DNA of 9,779 nucleotides from a virus (Duplodnaviria; Heunggongvirae; Uroviricota; Caudoviricetes): IMG/VR virus record IMGVR_UViG_2703718811_000003, positions 1 to 9,779 of that record; one strand, 5' to 3'. Shown piece by piece: positions 1 to 6,495 of this stretch (position 1 is its first letter; each line of letters starts with the position of its first letter). The notes under the pieces were generated by a model. It saw only the letters and a program-made list of their open reading frames with translations, ran no database searches and was not told where the DNA came from. The position numbers and the translations under genes were made by a program.

Positions 1-1
1 G

Positions 2-871
2 TCGGCAAACTGGACGTCAGCAGACCGTGCGAGCCATTTCAGCTCATGGGCACGCAGGGGGATTATTTCCGACCGTCTGGCAACGGCGATTCTGGTGCAT
101 GCCGGGAGAGCCGCTGAATTCATTACCGGAAAACAGCCTGATACGGTGAAGCCCACAGGGCCTTCCGGTGAAGGTCCGGAGAGAGAGGCGGAAGCCCCGG
201 TCAGTAACCGAACCCTGATGAGTCTGCTGGCGTCAGGCGAAGACCTGGCATCACAGGGCTGGCGCTATTATCACAAACCGGCGAGCGGAGACAGTATTGA
301 TAAAAACATCGCTGAGGCTGTGGTCAGTGATGAGGGTGCCACCGGTGGTAAGGCCCTGCAACTGAACAAACCGGAAAGCCACATCTGGTTTCTGGAGCAT
401 GATGCAGCCGGGCAGGGGGCAGAGTTACTGAAGAAGGGCGGACGTGTGAGCGTGCGGTTTAAGGTGCCGGGCTCACTGGTACAGAACCGGTTTGCCCTGG
501 GTATTTACTGGCAGTTGTCGTCCCTGCCGGAGGGTGTGTCGCTGGCGGAGGAAGGCAACGACATGCTGATGTCCTTCTTCCTGCAGACGGATGCGACGAA
601 CCTGAACGCGATGTACCACAAGACGCAGAATGCGAAGCTGGATACGTTCGGGGCATTTGATAACGAATGGCACACACTGTCTTTTGAGTTTGCCGGAAAC
701 AACAGTATTCAGGTGACGCCGGTACTTGATGAGAAGCGGGGCACGCCATTCACGCTGGTGAAATCTCAGGCAACAGGGGTGGCGGATAAACTTCTGCTGA
801 CTGATATCACGAAGGTGGCAACGTATACGCTGCTGATTGACAGCGTGAAGGTGGAAGTGAATAACCCGTAA
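2..871 (+). CDS. C-terminal part of a large phage protein (5' end outside window); possibly the NanS-p-like esterase that 933W-like phages carry between Q/stx and the lysis genes (tentative)
   Basis: Frame is open from nt 2 with no stop until TAA at 869-871; the listed Met at 95 is internal. Translation looks like a globular carbohydrate-binding-type C-terminal domain. Position immediately upstream of a holin matches the 933W-like layout from memory. No homology search done. Confidence 0.6.
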   Translation, partial: SANWTSADRASHFSSWARRGIISDRLATAILVHAGRAAEFITGKQPDTVKPTGPSGEGPEREAEAPVSNRTLMSLLASGEDLASQGWRYYHKPASGDSIDKNIAEAVVSDEGATGGKALQLNKPESHIWFLEHDAAGQGAELLKKGGRVSVRFKVPGSLVQNRFALGIYWQLSSLPEGVSLAEEGNDMLMSFFLQTDATNLNAMYHKTQNAKLDTFGAFDNEWHTLSFEFAGNNSIQVTPVLDEKRGTPFTLVKSQATGVADKLLLTDITKVATYTLLIDSVKVEVNNP

Positions 872-1018
872 GCAGGAAAAAAAGACCGCCGGGGCAGGGA
901 AAACAAGGAGCCAGAACCGGCGGCAGAGGTCGCTACATCCTTAGCAAAAATATGCTGAGCAAAAATGCAGGAGTTTTTTACTGGCAGGCATTAACCATGT
1001 CAATAATGGAGATGAATA

Positions 1019-1201
1019 ATGACATTTATACAGCTGATTATGTTGTATTTCAGTACAGCAGTTTGTGTGCTGTATCTTCTTTCTGGTGGGTACAGAGTCG
1101 TGAGAGATTTCTGGCGCAGACAGATTGACAAAAGGGCCGCTGAGAAAATCAGCGCCAGTCAGTCAGCCGGAACAAAACCCGAAGAGCCTCTCATTCCGTA
1201 G
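1019..1201 (+). CDS. small hypothetical membrane protein (60 aa, one predicted N-terminal TM helix)
   Basis: ATG at 1019 preceded by GGAG (1007-1010); hydrophobic N-terminus IQLIMLYFSTAVCVLYLL followed by a basic stretch. Short and unsupported by homology. Confidence 0.3.
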   Translation: MTFIQLIMLYFSTAVCVLYLLSGGYRVVRDFWRRQIDKRAAEKISASQSAGTKPEEPLIP

Positions 1202-1238
1202 CAACTTTCTTAACAACACCTTTCAACGAGAAAATACC

Positions 1239-1508
1239 ATGTCAGAAATAAAATCGCTGGTCACTGCTGAAGCAGTGAAGGATGTCCTGCGCTCTGAAGA
1301 AGTCAGAAGCGCACTGAAACAGCAACTTCGTCAGAATCTTGAGGCGCGTCTTGATGCTGAAGTGGATGCCATTCTGGATGAACTGCTGGGGGTAACGGCT
1401 GCTCCCGGGCCTGAAGACGGTGCGGGTGACAGTGCTGTTTCAGATGGTGTCGTGTCTCAGCCTGATGGTGGCAGTGAGCCTCAGCCTGACGGCGAAATGA
1501 TGATGTAA
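1239..1508 (+). CDS. hypothetical acidic protein (89 aa)
   Basis: First ATG in the frame-0 ORF that does not overlap the 1019-1201 ORF; stop TAA 1506-1508. Acidic, helix-like N-terminus and Asp/Gly/Ser-rich tail. The listed start at 1125 is a TTG that overlaps the upstream ORF. Confidence 0.5.
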   Translation: MSEIKSLVTAEAVKDVLRSEEVRSALKQQLRQNLEARLDAEVDAILDELLGVTAAPGPEDGAGDSAVSDGVVSQPDGGSEPQPDGEMMM

Positions 1509-1516
1509 CCATGCGC

Positions 1517-1556
1517 AGGGGCTGTCGGTGTGAGCTGATGCCCCTCTTGTTGTTGT
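1517..1556 (+). terminator. weak candidate hairpin plus T-rich tract downstream of the 1239-1508 ORF
   Basis: AGGGGC (1517-1522) pairs with GCCCCT (1540-1545), then cttgttgttgt. The loop is long (17 nt), so this is weak. Confidence 0.2.
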
Positions 1557-1583
1557 GAGCTTCCGGATTGCGGGAGACGGGGT

Positions 1584-1799
1584 ATGTACCAGATGGAAAA
1601 AATAACAACAGGTGTGTCATACACCACGTCAGCGGTGGGAACGGGCTACTGGTTCCTGCAGTTGCTGGACAGGGTTTCCCCGTCTCAGTGGGCGGCAATA
1701 GGCGTGCTGGGGAGTCTGCTGTTTGGTCTGCTGACGTACCTGACGAACCTGTATTTCAAAATCAGAGAGGACAGGCGTAAGGCGGCACGGGGAGAGTAA
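1584..1799 (+). CDS. S: class II holin (pinholin), phage 21 S21 family, with dual-start motif
   Basis: 71 aa, near-identical in the C-terminal two thirds to my recollection of phage 21 S (…[23 protein letters not shown]…[22 protein letters not shown]). GGAG at 1573-1576 sits 7 nt before ATG 1584. A second in-frame ATG at 1593 (MYQ-MEK) gives the classic S71/S68 antiholin/holin pair. Two TM segments. Confidence 0.92.
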   Translation: MYQMEKITTGVSYTTSAVGTGYWFLQLLDRVSPSQWAAIGVLGSLLFGLLTYLTNLYFKIREDRRKAARGE

Positions 1800-1803
1800 G
1801 CTG

Positions 1804-2337
1804 ATGAGCAGGAAACTCCGCTATGGTTTATCGGCTGCCGTTCTGGCGCTGATTGCCGCAGGTGCTTCTGCGCCTGAAATCCTCGACCAGTTTCTGGATG
1901 AAAAGGAAGGTAACCACACCACGGCATACCGTGATGGTGCGGGTATCTGGACCATCTGCCGTGGGGCCACCCGGGTGGATGGTAAGCCTGTGATTCCTGG
2001 CATGAAGCTGTCGAAGGAAAAATGCGACCGGGTTAACGCTATCGAACGGGATAAGGCGCTGGCATGGGTGGCGAAGAACATCAGAGTGCCACTGACTGAA
2101 CCCCAGAAAGCGGGTATTGCGTCATTCTGTCCTTACAACATTGGCCCAGGTAAGTGTTTCCCGTCGACGTTTTATAAACGAATTCATGCAGGCGATCGCA
2201 GAGGAGCGTGTGAAGCGATTCGCTGGTGGATTAAGGACGGTGGCAGAGACTGCCGTATCCGTTCAAACAACTGTTACGGTCAGGTATCAAGACGTGACCA
2301 GGAGAGTGCGCTGGCATGCTGGGGTATCGACAGGTAA
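1804..2337 (+). CDS. R: SAR endolysin (signal-anchor-release lysozyme, P21 R / T4-lysozyme-like GH24 family)
   Basis: Starts 4 nt after the holin stop with GGAGAG RBS at 1791-1796. N-terminal Gly/Ala-rich weakly hydrophobic segment (GLSAAVLALIAAGASA) typical of SAR domains. Catalytic E-x8-D-x5-T triad present (EGNHTTAYRDGAGIWT). Confidence 0.9.
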   Translation: MSRKLRYGLSAAVLALIAAGASAPEILDQFLDEKEGNHTTAYRDGAGIWTICRGATRVDGKPVIPGMKLSKEKCDRVNAIERDKALAWVAKNIRVPLTEPQKAGIASFCPYNIGPGKCFPSTFYKRIHAGDRRGACEAIRWWIKDGGRDCRIRSNNCYGQVSRRDQESALACWGIDR

Positions 2338-2444
2338 GCAGAATATTTTGCTGAAAAATGACGTTGGCCAACGCGGGCAGATAACACGAAATCCTGCGAA
2401 CTGGCAAAATGTAAGTGAATAAAGTCAACAAGATTGTTTCATGA

Positions 2445-2476
2445 AGAGGCACCGTAATGGTGCCTTTGTCATTTCT
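2445..2476 (+). terminator. candidate rho-independent terminator between the endolysin and the ant-like gene
   Basis: Stem AGGCACC (2447-2453) / GGTGCCT (2459-2465) with loop GTAAT, followed by ttgtcatttct. Lies about 110 nt after the endolysin stop, inside a 274-bp non-coding gap. Confidence 0.45.
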
Positions 2477-2611
2477 GCGCTTCGCACAAGCGTAAATAAA
2501 CCAAAGAACCTTTCAGGATGAGCCCTGGTGGATAACCGGCAGTGGTCTGGTTAACCCTCTTTGGGCTGGTTATTCCTGTGCGCAGGGTTCATCACTAAAA
2601 GGAAATAACCG

Positions 2612-3181
2612 ATGAATATGATGACCGTGCCGTTTCACGGCGATTCTCTTTATGTGGTTAACCATAACGGCGAACCATACGTTCCCATGAAACCTGTCGT
2701 TGCGGGGATGGGGCTGGCCTGGCAATCACAGTTGGCTAAGTTAAGACAGCGTTTTGCGTCAACTATAACGGAAATCGTTATGGTTGCTGAGGATGGGAAA
2801 CGACGCAATATGGTGTCCCTGCCGCTTCGAAAACTTGCAGGCTGGTTACAAACCATCAATCCCAACAAAGTAAAACCCGAAATCCGCGGCAAGGTAATCC
2901 AGTATCAGGAAGAGTGTGACGATGTTCTCTATGAATACTGGACGAAGGGTTTTGTCGTTAATCCCCGTCGAATGAGTGTGATGGAAGAACTCAATCAGGC
3001 TTGCGCTGACATGAAACGGGATAAAAACATTGCCAGTGTGTTTGCTACCGGGCTGAATGAGTGGAAACAGGTTAAATCCGCGCATGTATCAAAAATCCGC
3101 ACATTGATAAACGAAGCGAATCTGCTGATTGATTTTGTCCTGGCTGATACAGGCAAAGGGAAAATAACAAAGGCGGATTGA
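2612..3181 (+). CDS. ant: phage antirepressor-like protein (P22_AR N-terminal domain type)
   Basis: 189 aa; AGGA at 2600-2603 sits 8 nt before ATG 2612. N-terminal region (VPFHGDSLYVV…GEPYVPMKPVVAGMGLAW…LAGWLQTINPNKVKPEIRGKVIQYQEECDDVLYEYW) fits the antirepressor N-terminal domain pattern as I recall it. An ant-like gene between R and Rz is a feature I recall from 933W-like phages. Confidence 0.75.
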   Translation: MNMMTVPFHGDSLYVVNHNGEPYVPMKPVVAGMGLAWQSQLAKLRQRFASTITEIVMVAEDGKRRNMVSLPLRKLAGWLQTINPNKVKPEIRGKVIQYQEECDDVLYEYWTKGFVVNPRRMSVMEELNQACADMKRDKNIASVFATGLNEWKQVKSAHVSKIRTLINEANLLIDFVLADTGKGKITKAD

Positions 3182-3330
3182 TGGAGTGGTGGCTAATGAT
3201 ATCGGATAAACTCATAACGCTGGCGAAGATCCTCTGTGTAATCGTCGGCATTTCATTTTTAGTCATGCTGGTTGCCATTTTCTTTTCCACCGCCTGGCGA
3301 GTCCTGACGTTATCGGGACTGGTGGGGTGA
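3181..3330 (+). CDS. small hydrophobic membrane protein (49 aa), not in the supplied ORF track
   Basis: ATG 3181 overlaps the ant stop TGA (3179-3181) as ATGA; AGG 7 nt upstream. Translation MEWWLMISDKLITLAKILCVIVGISFLVMLVAIFFSTAWRVLTLSGLVG has one clear TM helix. It exactly fills the ant-Rz gap and ends 8 nt before the Rz start. Confidence 0.4.
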   Translation: MEWWLMISDKLITLAKILCVIVGISFLVMLVAIFFSTAWRVLTLSGLVG

Positions 3331-3337
3331 AAGAGAG

Positions 3338-3802
3338 ATGAACCGTGTTCTGTGTGTGGTGATTATTGTCCTGCTGGTAGCCTGTGGTGCGCTTAGTCTG
3401 GGGCTGAATCATTACCGCGATAACGCCATAACCTACAAAGAGCAGCGCGATAAAAAAGTCAGTGAGCTGGAGCTGGCAAATGCAACCATTACTGATATGC
3501 AGCAGCGCCAGCGTGATGTTGCTGCACTTGATGCCAGATACTCGAGGGAATTAGCCGATGCGAGAGCTGAAAATGAAACTCTTCGCGCTGACGTTGCCGC
3601 TGGTTACCGCAGCCTGCGGATCAACGCCACCTGTCCAGGTCCCGTGCGTGAAGCCACCAGCACCGCCCGCGTGGATAATGCAACCGGCCCCCGACTGGCA
3701 GACACCGCTGAACGGGATTATTTCACCCTCAGAGAGAGGCTGATCACTATGCAAAAACAACTGGAAGGAACCCAGAAGTATATTAATGAGCAGTGCAGAT
3801 AG
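3338..3802 (+). CDS. Rz: Rz i-spanin (inner-membrane spanin subunit)
   Basis: 154 aa, near-identical to lambda Rz from NHYRDNAITYK through the C-terminal …ADTAERDYFTLRERLITMQKQLEGTQKYINEQCR. N-terminal TM helix and coiled-coil periplasmic region. RBS AAGAGAG before ATG 3338. Confidence 0.93.
   Translation: MNRVLCVVIIVLLVACGALSLGLNHYRDNAITYKEQRDKKVSELELANATITDMQQRQRDVAALDARYSRELADARAENETLRADVAAGYRSLRINATCPGPVREATSTARVDNATGPRLADTAERDYFTLRERLITMQKQLEGTQKYINEQCR
3573..3743 (+). CDS. Rz1: Rz1 o-spanin (outer-membrane lipoprotein) embedded in the +1 frame of Rz
   Basis: MKLFALTLPLVTAAC lipoprotein signal with lipobox Cys, then proline-rich mature peptide …CVKPPAPPAWIMQPAPDWQTPLNGIISPSERG closely matching lambda Rz1. 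Start taken at the Met preceding the signal peptide; the listed ORF begins 15 nt earlier at 3558. Confidence 0.85.
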   Translation: MKLFALTLPLVTAACGSTPPVQVPCVKPPAPPAWIMQPAPDWQTPLNGIISPSERG

Positions 3803-3827
3803 AGTTGCCCATATCGATGGGCAACTC
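3802..3827. terminator. hairpin between convergent Rz and bor, candidate bidirectional terminator
   Basis: Near-perfect inverted repeat GAGTTGCCCAT / ATGGGCAACTC with a 4-nt loop, placed between the Rz stop (3800-3802) and the bor stop (3834-3836). Flanking T/A runs are modest. Confidence 0.45.
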
Positions 3828-3833
3828 ATGCAA

Positions 3834-4127
3834 TTATTGTGAGCAATACACCCGCGCTTCCAGCGGAGTATAAATGCCTAAAGTAATAAAACCGAGCAAT
3901 CCATTTACGAATGTTTGCTGGGTTTCTGTTTTAACAACATTTTCTGTGCCGCCACAAATTTTGGCTGCATCGACAGTTTTCTTCTGCCCAATTCCAGAAA
4001 CGAAGAAATGATGGGTGATGGTTTCCTTTGGTGCTACTGCTGTCTGTTTGTTTTGAACAGTAAACGTCTGTTGAGCACATCCTGTAATAAGCAGGGCCAG
4101 CGCAGTAGCGAGTAGCATTTTTTTCAT
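3834..4127 (-). CDS. bor: Bor outer-membrane lipoprotein (serum resistance, lambda Bor family)
   Basis: 97 aa, differing from my recollection of lambda Bor at only about 3 positions. Lipoprotein signal MKKMLLATALALLITGC. Convergent with the lysis genes as in lambda. Confidence 0.95.
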   Translation of the reverse strand: MKKMLLATALALLITGCAQQTFTVQNKQTAVAPKETITHHFFVSGIGQKKTVDAAKICGGTENVVKTETQQTFVNGLLGFITLGIYTPLEARVYCSQ

Positions 4128-4234
4128 GGTGTTATTCCCGATGCTTTTTGAAGTTCGCAGAATCGTATGTGTAGAAAATTAAACAAACCCTAAACAATGA
4201 GTTGAAATTTCATATTGTTAATATTTATTAATGT
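4128..4234 (-). promoter_or_regulatory. AT-rich region upstream of bor, probable bor promoter and RBS region
   Basis: Strongly AT-rich 107 bp directly 5' of the bor start on the minus strand, with GGGAA before the ATG. I could not pin a confident -35/-10 pair by eye. Confidence 0.3.
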
Positions 4235-4480
4235 ATGTCAGGTGCGATGAATCGTCATTGTATTCCCGGATTAACTATGTCCACAGCCCTGACGGGGAAC
4301 TTCTCTGCGGGAGTGTGCGGGGATAATCAAAAACGATGCACACCGGGTTTTCTCATTTTTCACGAGATGGGAGCGATTTCCCGCGAAGCCGCCTGTCCGG
4401 TGCGGTGGTGGAAGAAACCGGATAAAACAACCGCATTGTGCAAATATCGATCAAATATGGTGCTGCTGTGTGAAATCTGA
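4235..4480 (+). CDS. hypothetical protein (81 aa), possibly spurious
   Basis: ORF only; Cys-rich translation with no recognisable motif and no clear RBS. Confidence 0.2.
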   Translation: MSGAMNRHCIPGLTMSTALTGNFSAGVCGDNQKRCTPGFLIFHEMGAISREAACPVRWWKKPDKTTALCKYRSNMVLLCEI

Positions 4481-4535
4481 AAAATCACAGCGGTCATTAT
4501 GCATCAGTTTTTAACACAGGACGTCAGAACGTGAC

Positions 4536-4928
4536 ATGGCAAAGCTGGACTGGAAAAAGCTGGAGCAGGCATTCCGACGCGAACATGCCGAAACGGGAAT
4601 AACATTACTGGACTGGTGCCGGAAGAAAAAGATTAATTACAACACCGCCAGAACCCGTATAAAAATGGGCAAAATCGATCATGAAATTGATCATAAAACC
4701 GATCATGAAATCGATCATGACATCTCAGATGAAGAACCCAGCAATGACGCGTGTTCCGACGATGAAAAATGCGCAAAAAACTCTGAAAAAAACTGCGCAA
4801 ATTCGGCAGAAACGAAACGGATTCGTGGTTCCCGACTTTTACCTCCTTCAAACGCTTTTTCTCAGCGAAACACCCACGCCGTAAGACACCGTGGATACCG
4901 GAAGCCGCACATTGTTCCCACGTCTTGA
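4536..4928 (+). CDS. HTH-containing protein with acidic His/Asp repeat; possible remnant of a terminase small subunit-like packaging protein (uncertain)
   Basis: N-terminal ~45 aa (MAKLDWKKLEQAFRREHAETGITLLDWCRKKKINYNTARTRIK) resembles the HTH of phage small terminase / DNA-packaging proteins. It is followed by the (I/T)DH(E/K/D) x4 repeat. The C-terminal third is low-complexity and overlaps the next ORF, so the 3' end may not be genuine. Weak RBS. Confidence 0.45.
   Translation: MAKLDWKKLEQAFRREHAETGITLLDWCRKKKINYNTARTRIKMGKIDHEIDHKTDHEIDHDISDEEPSNDACSDDEKCAKNSEKNCANSAETKRIRGSRLLPPSNAFSQRNTHAVRHRGYRKPHIVPTS
4674..4721 (+). repeat. four tandem 12-bp units (atcgatcatgaa-like), each containing a GATC Dam site
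   Basis: Units at 4674-4685, 4686-4697, 4698-4709 and 4710-4721. GATC at 4677, 4689, 4701 and 4713. In frame the repeat encodes IDHE-IDHK-TDHE-IDHD. Confidence 0.9.
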
Positions 4929-5298
4929 GCCGGTGCATGTTGACAGTGCGATGGCCTGGCAACTGCTGGGGTTTCCGGATGTCTGGGTTCGTCATGAAGA
5001 GCTTGATGATGTTCTGAAAAAGCAACAACAGAATGAGCAGTTGCGGCAGGCACAGCAGGCGCAGGAAAGAGTGCTTGCTGCGCGGGCAGAAGCGGAGAAC
5101 AGTTTTGTTGTTTCTGTTAACGGGCAGGAGGTGGATTTAAGTAAGCTCACCTCAGCACGGCTGGCGACGCTGTGTGAGGCAGAAGAGCTGGATATTCACA
5201 AAGACCCGAAAGAAACGGCTGAGGCATTCCGTATCCGGGTGCGTGAGGCATTTTGCCGTCGTGTTGCGGAGACTGAACAGCATGGCGGAACTGAGTGA
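4891..5298 (+). CDS. hypothetical protein (start uncertain: GTG 4891, TTG 4912 or ATG 4951)
   Basis: ORF with Gln-rich helical middle and charged C-terminus; stop TGA 5296-5298 overlaps the start of the next gene. The same frame is open upstream back to about 4681, interrupted only by TAA at 4882-4884, so it may be a remnant of a longer gene. Confidence 0.45.
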   Translation: MDTGSRTLFPRLEPVHVDSAMAWQLLGFPDVWVRHEELDDVLKKQQQNEQLRQAQQAQERVLAARAEAENSFVVSVNGQEVDLSKLTSARLATLCEAEELDIHKDPKETAEAFRIRVREAFCRRVAETEQHGGTE

Positions 5299-5845
5299 TT
5301 TTTTACCGTATGTCCGTCGTCATATCAGCGGTCCACTGAACATTATGATGACGGATGCTCTGTCAATGGCTGCCGTGGCATTCAGCCGCCAGTCGTTGGT
5401 GTGCCGTCGGGAGGTTACTGTTGTACCAGTAGCAGGAAAAGAAATCGTGCTTCCGTATGACAAAGATGATGAGGAGTGCGTTCATATCATCCGTATCTCT
5501 GACGATAATCATGAGCTTTTTGTCGGTCGGGATGTGGATATCAGCTCCGGACGCTCCCTGCGATTTGCCTGTTCTCCCGGTGAGGTGAGCGTGCTTTATG
5601 CCGTCGCTCCGAAAGCCGGACGCAGCCAGATACCGGATGAACTCCTCACATGGCCTGAAGAAGTGGCTGCGGGGGCACTTGAGCGGTTGTTCATGCAGAC
5701 TGGTGTTTCATGGTCAGATCCGTTACGCGCACAGTATTTTTCTGTGCAGTTTTCTGAGGGGATCCGTCGGGCATATCGTCATACACTGGCGACAAGCCCG
5801 TACTCTTCATACCGCAACCCTGTACGCAGGCAGAGGTTTTTCTGA
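5282..5845 (+). CDS. hypothetical protein (187 aa), putative fiber-associated or virion protein; distant paralog of the next gene
   Basis: ATG 5282 with GGAG about 10 nt upstream; overlaps the upstream ORF by 17 nt and its stop TGA overlaps the next ATG (ATGA at 5843-5847). The listed start at 5174 would overlap the upstream gene heavily. Confidence 0.6.
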   Translation: MAELSDFLPYVRRHISGPLNIMMTDALSMAAVAFSRQSLVCRREVTVVPVAGKEIVLPYDKDDEECVHIIRISDDNHELFVGRDVDISSGRSLRFACSPGEVSVLYAVAPKAGRSQIPDELLTWPEEVAAGALERLFMQTGVSWSDPLRAQYFSVQFSEGIRRAYRHTLATSPYSSYRNPVRRQRFF

Positions 5846-6495
5846 TGACGACGATTACAGAAATCATCGGACGTGTGAATACACAACTGGTTGACCCGAT
5901 GATGGTTCGCTGGCCCCTGCAGGAATTGTGCGATTATTACAATGATGCTGTGAGGGCAGTGATTCTGGCGAGACCGGATGCTGGCGCAAGCCTGGAAACA
6001 ATCAGTTGTGTTCCTGGCGCCCGTCAGGTTTTGCCCGATGGTGTAATACAACTTCTTGACGTGATATGCCTCAGTGACGGTAGTGCAGTCAGACCATTAT
6101 CCCGGGAGGTGCTGGATGCGCAGTATCCTGAGTGGCCCACAGTGAAGGGCATTCCTGAATGTTTTATCAGCAACGACCTGTCCCCGCGCGTATTCTGGCT
6201 GTTTCCTGTCCCTGACAAAGAGATAAGTATTGATGCAGTGGTAAGCCGGATACCGGAGGCAGTGTATGTTCTGACGCAGGACGATGATACGCCAGTTCCA
6301 CTGGAAGAGGCTTATGTTAACCCACTGGTGGACTGGATGTTGTTTCGTGCTTTCAGTAAGGATGCTGCCGGTGGTGCAGAATCGGGGCTGGCTGCGCAGC
6401 ATTATCAGAGTTTTGTTGAGCAACTTGGGATCAAACAGGGGGCAGACAGAGCATTGTCTGCCCGTAAAAAAGTGTTTAACGGAGGTGGAGTGTGA
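5845..6495 (+). CDS. hypothetical protein (216 aa), putative fiber-associated or virion protein
   Basis: AGAGG RBS 8 nt before ATG 5845. Its stop overlaps the fiber GTG start (GTGA at 6492-6495). By eye it shares a similar residue pattern with the preceding protein in the N-terminal and C-terminal segments. Confidence 0.7.
   Translation: MTTITEIIGRVNTQLVDPMMVRWPLQELCDYYNDAVRAVILARPDAGASLETISCVPGARQVLPDGVIQLLDVICLSDGSAVRPLSREVLDAQYPEWPTVKGIPECFISNDLSPRVFWLFPVPDKEISIDAVVSRIPEAVYVLTQDDDTPVPLEEAYVNPLVDWMLFRAFSKDAAGGAESGLAAQHYQSFVEQLGIKQGADRALSARKKVFNGGGV

Noticed and set aside
459-749. Three minus-strand ORFs (459-749, 473-673, 505-702) inside the upstream large gene
   Set aside because: They fall within a well-supported + strand ORF, have no RBS, and give low-complexity translations; antisense artefacts.
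872-1018. Imperfect inverted repeat (gaccgccgg … ccggcggc) and duplicated gcaaaaat motif after the first gene, considered as terminator or operator
   Set aside because: The stem is separated by a ~25-nt loop with no T-run, and the direct repeat is short; too weak to call.
1303-2081. Minus-strand ORFs 1303-1698, 1685-1927, 1821-2081 and + strand ORF 1568-1780
   Set aside because: They overlap the holin and endolysin genes, whose identity is strongly supported; they are alternate-frame artefacts.
2117-2452. ORF 2117-2422 (+) and 2231-2452 (-) at the 3' end of the endolysin, considered as a possible Rz-like gene
   Set aside because: The + ORF overlaps 220 nt of the endolysin in another frame and shows no TM or coiled-coil spanin features; the real Rz/Rz1 pair is at 3338-3802.
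2650-3290. Minus-strand ORFs 2650-2892, 2846-3085 and 3072-3290
   Set aside because: They are antisense to the ant-like gene and the small membrane ORF, with no independent support.
3551-4115. ORF 3551-3829 (-) antisense to Rz, and ORF 3915-4115 (+) antisense to bor
   Set aside because: Both overlap genes with near-identity to lambda Rz and Bor.
4633-5053. Minus-strand ORFs 4633-5028 and 4862-5053, and + strand ORF 4681-4884
   Set aside because: Low-complexity translations produced by the tandem repeat and A-rich region; no RBS. The 4681-4884 frame is noted only as evidence of a possible ancestral longer frame.
5174-5281. Upstream extension of the 5282-5845 gene to the listed ATG at 5174
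   Set aside because: It would overlap the preceding ORF by 125 nt; the ATG at 5282 has a GGAG upstream and gives the usual short overlap seen at the other junctions.
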